Source: an uncultured Gemmatimonadales bacterium (GTDB lineage Bacteria; Gemmatimonadota; Gemmatimonadetes; Longimicrobiales; RSA9). Taken from it: DNA of 64,000 nucleotides. Of this stretch, positions 58,731-64,000 are shown in pieces (the stretch's first letter is position 1; each line of letters starts with the position of its first letter). The notes beneath the pieces are model-generated. The model had not been told where the DNA came from. It did not search any database and saw only the letters and a program-made list of their open reading frames with translations. A program made the translations under genes and the position numbers. The stretch is taken from the NCBI GenBank assembly GCA_963708135.1, contig OY970192.1, positions 1,088,001 to 1,152,000 on the forward strand, read 5' to 3'.

Positions 58731-60395
58731 ATGAAACGACGACTGCTCCGCCTCGCCGCCGTGTGCCTGGCCACGGTACCGCTCTTCGGCGCCGTCCGCG
58801 CCGGACCTCCCACCTTCGAGATCTCGTTTGCCGGCGCGGCCCATCCGGGTCCGGTCACGGGCCGGCTCGTGCTCATGATCTCGACGCGGCCCACGCCCGA
58901 GCCGCGCTACCTGGTCTCGGCGCGGGGCCCGGCGGTCTACGGCGTGGACCTCGACCAGCTTCCGCCCGGGCGCTCGGCGACGATCGACGAGCGCACGCTC
59001 GGCGCGCCCGTCTCGCTCGCGGAGCTGCCGCCCGGGGACTATTACGCCCAGGCGGTCCTCAACGTCTACACGCAGCTCCACCGCTCGGACGGCAAGACGA
59101 TCTGGGCGCACATCAACGACGGCTCGGTGGAGTTCTTCTCGACGGCGGCCGGGAACCTCTACAGCGACGTCGTACCCGTCCACATCGGTGATGGGGGCAC
59201 GGTCCGCATCACCATGTCGCACGTGATGCCGGCCGAGCCGGACCCGCCGGACACGAAGTGGCTCCAGCACGTCCGCATCCAGAGCCGCCTGCTCACGGCG
59301 TTCTGGGGCCACCCGGTCTACATCAAGGCGCACGTCCTGCTCCCGCGCGGTTACGCGGAGCACCCAAACACCTACTATCCGAGCATCTACACGCTCGGGC
59401 ACGGGAGCGCGCCGCTCTCCTTCACCACGACGCCGCCAAAGCCGGGCGCGCCGACGGGGGTGAGCCCGGTGACCGGCCTCGAGCCCGGGTACGAGACGTA
59501 CCTGAAGTGGAGCGCGGACGGCTACCCACGCGTCATCTGCATCAGCCTCGAGCAGCAGACGCCCTACTTCCCCGACTCGTACTCGGTGAACTCGGCGAAC
59601 AACGGTCCCTACGGGGATGCCTTCGTCCAGGAGGTGGTCCCCTATCTCGAGAAGCACTTCCGGATCATCGGCAAGCCGTACGCGCGCCAGCTCGAGGGTG
59701 CCTCCACGAGCGGGTGGCAGTCGCTCGCGCTGCAGCTCCGGCACCCCGCCTTCTTCGGCGGCGCGTGGATCTTCCAGCCGGACCCGATCGACTTCACGCG
59801 CTACCAGACGACCGACATCTACGCGGACACGAACGCCTTCTCCGTCCCCAACGGCGAGTTCTTCCCGGCCGTGCGCTACTTCCAGCGCACCACGGAAGGG
59901 CAGGGCGTGATCACGACGCGCCAGCTCAGCCGGCTCGAGGCGGTGCTCGGCTCGCACGGCCGCTCCGGCTACCAGCTCGAGGCGTGGGAGGCGATCTACG
60001 GCCCCGTGGGCGAGGACGGCTACCCCGTGCCGCTCTGGGACAAGCTCACCGGCCACATCGACCACGACGTCGCGCGCTACATGCGCGAGCACGGCTACGA
60101 CCTGACCGCCTACGCGCGGGAGCACTGGCCATCGATCGGCCACGACCTCGTGGGGAAGCTCCACTTCTCGGCCGGCGACATGGACAACTACTGGCTGAAT
60201 CTCGGCGTTTACCGCTTCGAGGACTTCCTGAAGGGAACGGCGAACCCGCACTACGAGGGAGACTTCACCTACGGGCGGCCCATGAAGGGGCACGCCTGGC
60301 ACTCACAGCCGTGGGCGGCCTTCATCCGGCGCGTGGCGGAGCGGATCGAGAGCTCCGCGCCGGCGGGCGAGGACGTGGCCCGGTGGCACTACTGA
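58731..60395 (+). CDS. Secreted alpha/beta-hydrolase (esterase-like)
   Basis: Signal peptide, SRLLTAFWG, VLLPRGY, NSANNGPYGD and GASTSG nucleophile elbow. Confidence 0.8.
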   Translation: MKRRLLRLAAVCLATVPLFGAVRAGPPTFEISFAGAAHPGPVTGRLVLMISTRPTPEPRYLVSARGPAVYGVDLDQLPPGRSATIDERTLGAPVSLAELPPGDYYAQAVLNVYTQLHRSDGKTIWAHINDGSVEFFSTAAGNLYSDVVPVHIGDGGTVRITMSHVMPAEPDPPDTKWLQHVRIQSRLLTAFWGHPVYIKAHVLLPRGYAEHPNTYYPSIYTLGHGSAPLSFTTTPPKPGAPTGVSPVTGLEPGYETYLKWSADGYPRVICISLEQQTPYFPDSYSVNSANNGPYGDAFVQEVVPYLEKHFRIIGKPYARQLEGASTSGWQSLALQLRHPAFFGGAWIFQPDPIDFTRYQTTDIYADTNAFSVPNGEFFPAVRYFQRTTEGQGVITTRQLSRLEAVLGSHGRSGYQLEAWEAIYGPVGEDGYPVPLWDKLTGHIDHDVARYMREHGYDLTAYAREHWPSIGHDLVGKLHFSAGDMDNYWLNLGVYRFEDFLKGTANPHYEGDFTYGRPMKGHAWHSQPWAAFIRRVAERIESSAPAGEDVARWHY

Positions 60396-60405
60396 GAGAG
60401 ACGCC

Positions 60406-61161
60406 ATGAGCTCCGACCTCGAGCGCGACGTGCGCTGGCTGAAGCGCTACGCGGCGGTCACCACCGCCGCCATCGTAATCCTCTCGGCGGGCGCGTTCAC
60501 CCGCTCCGAGCAGCACCAGAAGTTCGACGAGATCGACGTGCAGCGCATCAACGTGGTGGAGCCGGACGGCCGCTATCGGCTGGTGATCTCCAACCGCGCG
60601 AAGTCGATCGGGCCGATCTACAAGGGGAAGCCGTTCGGCTACCCGGGCGGCAGCCGGCCCGGGCTGATCTTCTTCAACGACGAGGGCACCGAGAACGGCG
60701 GCCTCACCTTCACCGGCCGCCAGCGGCCGGATGGCACCTACGCGGCCTCCACCCACATGTCGTTCGACCAGTTCGACTCGGACCAGGTGCTGAACCTGGA
60801 CTACGCCGACAACAACGGCCGCCGCCTCGTGGGGTTCTCCGTCAACGACCGGGCGAACGTCAACATCCACGACCTCGTGGTGGAGCGCGACTCGATCATG
60901 AGCATCGCCGACACGGTGGCGCGCGCCGCCGCGCTGCGCCGCTGGGCCGGGCCCCGGAACGGCGTGCCGCTCGTCGCCCAGCGCGTCTTCGTCGGCCGCA
61001 ACCCCTCGAAGGCGGCGGTCGTGAACCTGTCGGACCCGGACGGACACCCGCGCCTGCGGCTGAGCGTCAACTCCCTCGGAACGCCGCGCCTGGAGTTCCT
61101 CGATTCGGCGGGCCACGTGCGCTACAGCCTCCCCGACGAGCGCGAGCCCGGGCACCGATGA
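60406..61161 (+). CDS. Hypothetical membrane-anchored protein
   Basis: LKRYA plus TM, FDEIDVQRINVVEPDG, GLIFFNDEGTENGGL and PRLEFLD. Confidence 0.75.
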   Translation: MSSDLERDVRWLKRYAAVTTAAIVILSAGAFTRSEQHQKFDEIDVQRINVVEPDGRYRLVISNRAKSIGPIYKGKPFGYPGGSRPGLIFFNDEGTENGGLTFTGRQRPDGTYAASTHMSFDQFDSDQVLNLDYADNNGRRLVGFSVNDRANVNIHDLVVERDSIMSIADTVARAAALRRWAGPRNGVPLVAQRVFVGRNPSKAAVVNLSDPDGHPRLRLSVNSLGTPRLEFLDSAGHVRYSLPDEREPGHR

Positions 61162-62162
61162 GCTTCCTCCGATTCCGCCGGCGCCGGCCGGCCGCGCTCG
61201 AGGCGCTGATCGAGCGCGCCGTTCGCGGCGAGGCGGGCGAGGCCGAGCTGCGCGAGCTCGAGCACTGGCGCGAGGCGTCGCTTGCCAACGAGCAGACGTA
61301 CCGGCGCACGGTCGAGCTTCTCGCCGCGCTGCGCGGGCTCGAGGCCGTCCGGACCAGCGCGGCGCCGCCGGCGGAGACGCTCCTCTCGGAGCGGGCGGCG
61401 GCACCGGCGGGAGCCGCTCCCGGGCACCGGGCGTGGCGTTGGGCGGCGGCCGCCGTGGTGGTCGTCGGGCTCGGCGTGGCCGCCGCGCACTTCGGGCCGG
61501 CGCCGTCGGGCCCGCCGCGGCCGCCGGAAGGCGCGGGCGCGTGGGGCTACATCACCGGCCCATGGGAGATGGCGACGGTGCACCTACCGGATGGCTCCAT
61601 GGTCCGGCTCGCGCCATCGACGCGGCTGCGGTTCGTCGGCAGCGACAGTGCGCGCGAGGCGACGCTCGAGGGGCGGGCGTTCTTCGAGGTGGCGCACGAC
61701 CCGGCGCACCCGTTCTACGTGCACACGCGCTTCGGCGAGGCGCGCGTGCTGGGCACGCGCTTCGAGCTGACGATGGAGCGCGGCGAGGTGCGGCTCGTCG
61801 TCGCCTCGGGGCGGGTTCGTCTCTCGGGCCGCGCGAGCCGCGTCGAGGTGGCGGCGGGGGAGGCGAGCGAGGTGCGGAAGGGGAAGGCTCTCCACCCGCG
61901 CCACATCGCCGATCCGGCCCGGATGGACGCCTGGGTCGGGAAATATCTCGCCTTCCAGTCGACCCCGATGCCGGAGGTGCTGCGCCAGATCTCCGACGTC
62001 TACGGCGTCCGCGCGGTGGCCACGGATTCGGTCGTGGCCGCGCGCACCGTCACCGGCTCGTTCGCCGATCAGGACCTGGCCCACGTCCTCGACGTGGTCT
62101 GCGCGATCGTCGAGGCCCGGTGCGAGACGCGCGGCGCGACGATCCTGGTCTCGAGCCGCTAG
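61158..62162 (+). CDS. fecR: FecR family anti-sigma/signal transducer
   Basis: W...N-terminal helix, TM, LPDGS.V.L, LEGRAFFEVAHD..PF.V and VLGTRF motifs. Confidence 0.88.
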   Translation: MSFLRFRRRRPAALEALIERAVRGEAGEAELRELEHWREASLANEQTYRRTVELLAALRGLEAVRTSAAPPAETLLSERAAAPAGAAPGHRAWRWAAAAVVVVGLGVAAAHFGPAPSGPPRPPEGAGAWGYITGPWEMATVHLPDGSMVRLAPSTRLRFVGSDSAREATLEGRAFFEVAHDPAHPFYVHTRFGEARVLGTRFELTMERGEVRLVVASGRVRLSGRASRVEVAAGEASEVRKGKALHPRHIADPARMDAWVGKYLAFQSTPMPEVLRQISDVYGVRAVATDSVVAARTVTGSFADQDLAHVLDVVCAIVEARCETRGATILVSSR

Positions 62163-62234
62163 CGCAGTGATTCCGGGGCACCCGGTGCCCCGTCCGCACC
62201 CGCGATCCCTACTCGACTCGCGAGGAGCCTGGCC

Positions 62235-64000
62235 ATGAGCACCTCCCATGCGCGCCGCGCGCGCCTTCCGATCACCGTGATGCTCGCGATCCTCGCCTCG
62301 GCCGCCTGGAGCGGCGCGAGGGCGGCGGCCCTCGTTGTCCAGGGACCGGAGCGCACCCCCCTCGACCGACCCGCCCGGCTCGACGTGCACGACGTGCCGC
62401 TCGGCACGGCGCTCCGGACGCTCGCCGACCGCTCGGGCGTCCAGCTCGCCTACAGCCCGAGCCTGCTGCCGCTCCAGCTGCGGGTGAGCTGCCCGTGCCG
62501 GGCCGCCACCACCCGCCAGGCGCTCGAGCTGCTGCTCAGGCGGACCGGCTACACGGCGCGCGAGTCCGTCCGCAACGTGATGATCGTGCCGGCCGACCCG
62601 GCGGCCGCCCGGCCGCTCGATCCTTCGGCGCAGCCGGATGCCGCCTCGCCGCGACTGTCGCTGAGCGTGCCGGCGCCCGCCGCCGCGCGCATGCGGGCGC
62701 CCGGCACCATCACCGGCCAGGTGACGGCTGCCGAGACCGGTGAAGCGATCCCCGCCGCGAGCGTGATCATCGAGGGATCGCAGCTGGGCGCGATCACGGG
62801 CGAGGACGGGCGGTATCGGATCGGCGGGGTCCCGGCCGGCCCGCAGACCGTGACCGTGCGGCGCATCGGGTACGTGGCGGCGAGCCGGCCGGTGACGGTC
62901 CCCGATGGCGGAGCTCTGAGCGTGGACTTCTCGCTCAAGACCTCGGCGGTCAACCTGCAGCAGATCGTGGTGACGGGGACGGCCGGCAACCAGACGCGGG
63001 CCGCGCAGGGGGCGGTCGTGGCATCGGTCAATGTGGCCGCCCTGACGTCCAAGGCGCCCGTCTCGTCGGTGACGGAGCTCCTGTCGGGGCGGGTGTCGGG
63101 CGTGAACGTGACCACGGCCTCGGGGACCGTGGGCGCGGCGCCCCGCATCAACATCCGGGGCGCGGCGTCCATCTCGCTGTCGAACGCCCCGCTCGTGTTC
63201 ATCGACGGCATCCGGGTCTCGAGCGAGTCGCGCACCGACGTCGGCACCTACCACGGCCTCGAGCAGCTGGGCGGGCAGTCGGTCACGGCGCTCAACGACC
63301 TGAACCCCGACGACATCGCGAGCATCGAGATCGTCAAGGGACCAGCGGCGGCCACGCTCTACGGCGCGGACGCCTCGGCGGGCGTGATCCAGATCGTCAC
63401 CAAGAAGGGGCGCCTCGGCAGCCATGCCTTCGTGCAGAACGCCTCGTTCGAGTGGAACGTCGTGGATCCGAACTTCACCCCCTACTCGGTGTTCGGCACG
63501 TGCAGCGCGGGCCTGGTCGGGCCCGGCGGGCCGGCGCTGTGCCAGGGGCTCTCGGCGGGGAGCGTCGTCTCGGACAACCCGCTGGTGCGGGAGGGCGTGT
63601 ACCGGAACGGCCACCTCGAGTCGCTGGTCTACGACGGGCACGGCGGCGGGGACAACTTCGGCTACTACGTCTCCGCGAGCGCCACGGACGAGAAGGGCAC
63701 GACGCCGAACAACTCCTACACCCGGCGCACCGGCCGCGCGAGCTTCAACTGGGCCGTGGGGCGGCAGCTCGGCATCGACTTCACCGCCGGGCTGAGCCGC
63801 AACGTCTACAAGCTGCCGCAGGGCGACGACTCGCAGTACGGCTACCTTGCGGATGGCGAGTTCGAGTCGAGCCCGTTCGCGGTGCAGCTCGACGCGAACG
63901 GCAACCGCACGGGCGGCGCGGCGTTCCCGATCGTCGGGCTGACGCAGATCCGCGACGAGCTGACCACGCTCCGCTTCACGCCCTCCGCGCAGGTGCACTA
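62235..64000 (+). CDS. SusC/RagA-like TonB-dependent receptor with N-terminal signalling domain (partial, runs off the window)
   Basis: STN-like domain, GTITGQV, QIVVTGTAG, APLVFIDG and LNPDDIASIEIVKGPAAATLYG plug motif. Confidence 0.9.
   Translation, partial: MSTSHARRARLPITVMLAILASAAWSGARAAALVVQGPERTPLDRPARLDVHDVPLGTALRTLADRSGVQLAYSPSLLPLQLRVSCPCRAATTRQALELLLRRTGYTARESVRNVMIVPADPAAARPLDPSAQPDAASPRLSLSVPAPAAARMRAPGTITGQVTAAETGEAIPAASVIIEGSQLGAITGEDGRYRIGGVPAGPQTVTVRRIGYVAASRPVTVPDGGALSVDFSLKTSAVNLQQIVVTGTAGNQTRAAQGAVVASVNVAALTSKAPVSSVTELLSGRVSGVNVTTASGTVGAAPRINIRGAASISLSNAPLVFIDGIRVSSESRTDVGTYHGLEQLGGQSVTALNDLNPDDIASIEIVKGPAAATLYGADASAGVIQIVTKKGRLGSHAFVQNASFEWNVVDPNFTPYSVFGTCSAGLVGPGGPALCQGLSAGSVVSDNPLVREGVYRNGHLESLVYDGHGGGDNFGYYVSASATDEKGTTPNNSYTRRTGRASFNWAVGRQLGIDFTAGLSRNVYKLPQGDDSQYGYLADGEFESSPFAVQLDANGNRTGGAAFPIVGLTQIRDELTTLRFTPSAQVH

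Overview
Very GC-rich bacterial window. The gene content (TPR Ser/Thr kinase, SusC-like/FecR/ECF module, DUF929-VKOR) suggests Gemmatimonadota; this is inference. The core is a ~29 kb anaerobic-energy and aromatic-catabolism region. It starts with a tightly packed korA-korB-orf-rnfB-giant PFOR-like-rnfC-[IS110]-rnfD-G-E-A-apbE operon, followed by nhaD. A PaaX-headed class I benzoyl-CoA reductase cluster follows (oah, dch, two catalytic and two ATPase subunits, had). The IS110 sits exactly in the rnfC/rnfD stop-start overlap. Its non-coding end shows a readable bridge-RNA layout whose guide segments match its own target and donor junctions. To the left, a lutABC operon has its lutB split by a 3.7 kb mosaic of gene fragments and a lower-GC islet. 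That islet contains a Cys-rich lipoprotein gene broken by a 10-bp duplication. Further left are stress genes (baeRF10-like, BON, USP, archease). To the right are stress and membrane genes, tRNA-Ser(UGA), and an ECF-FecR-SusC locus interrupted by two opposed 15-bp tandem arrays and two extra genes. Two single-base frameshifts and several fragment junctions may be sequencing or assembly artefacts.
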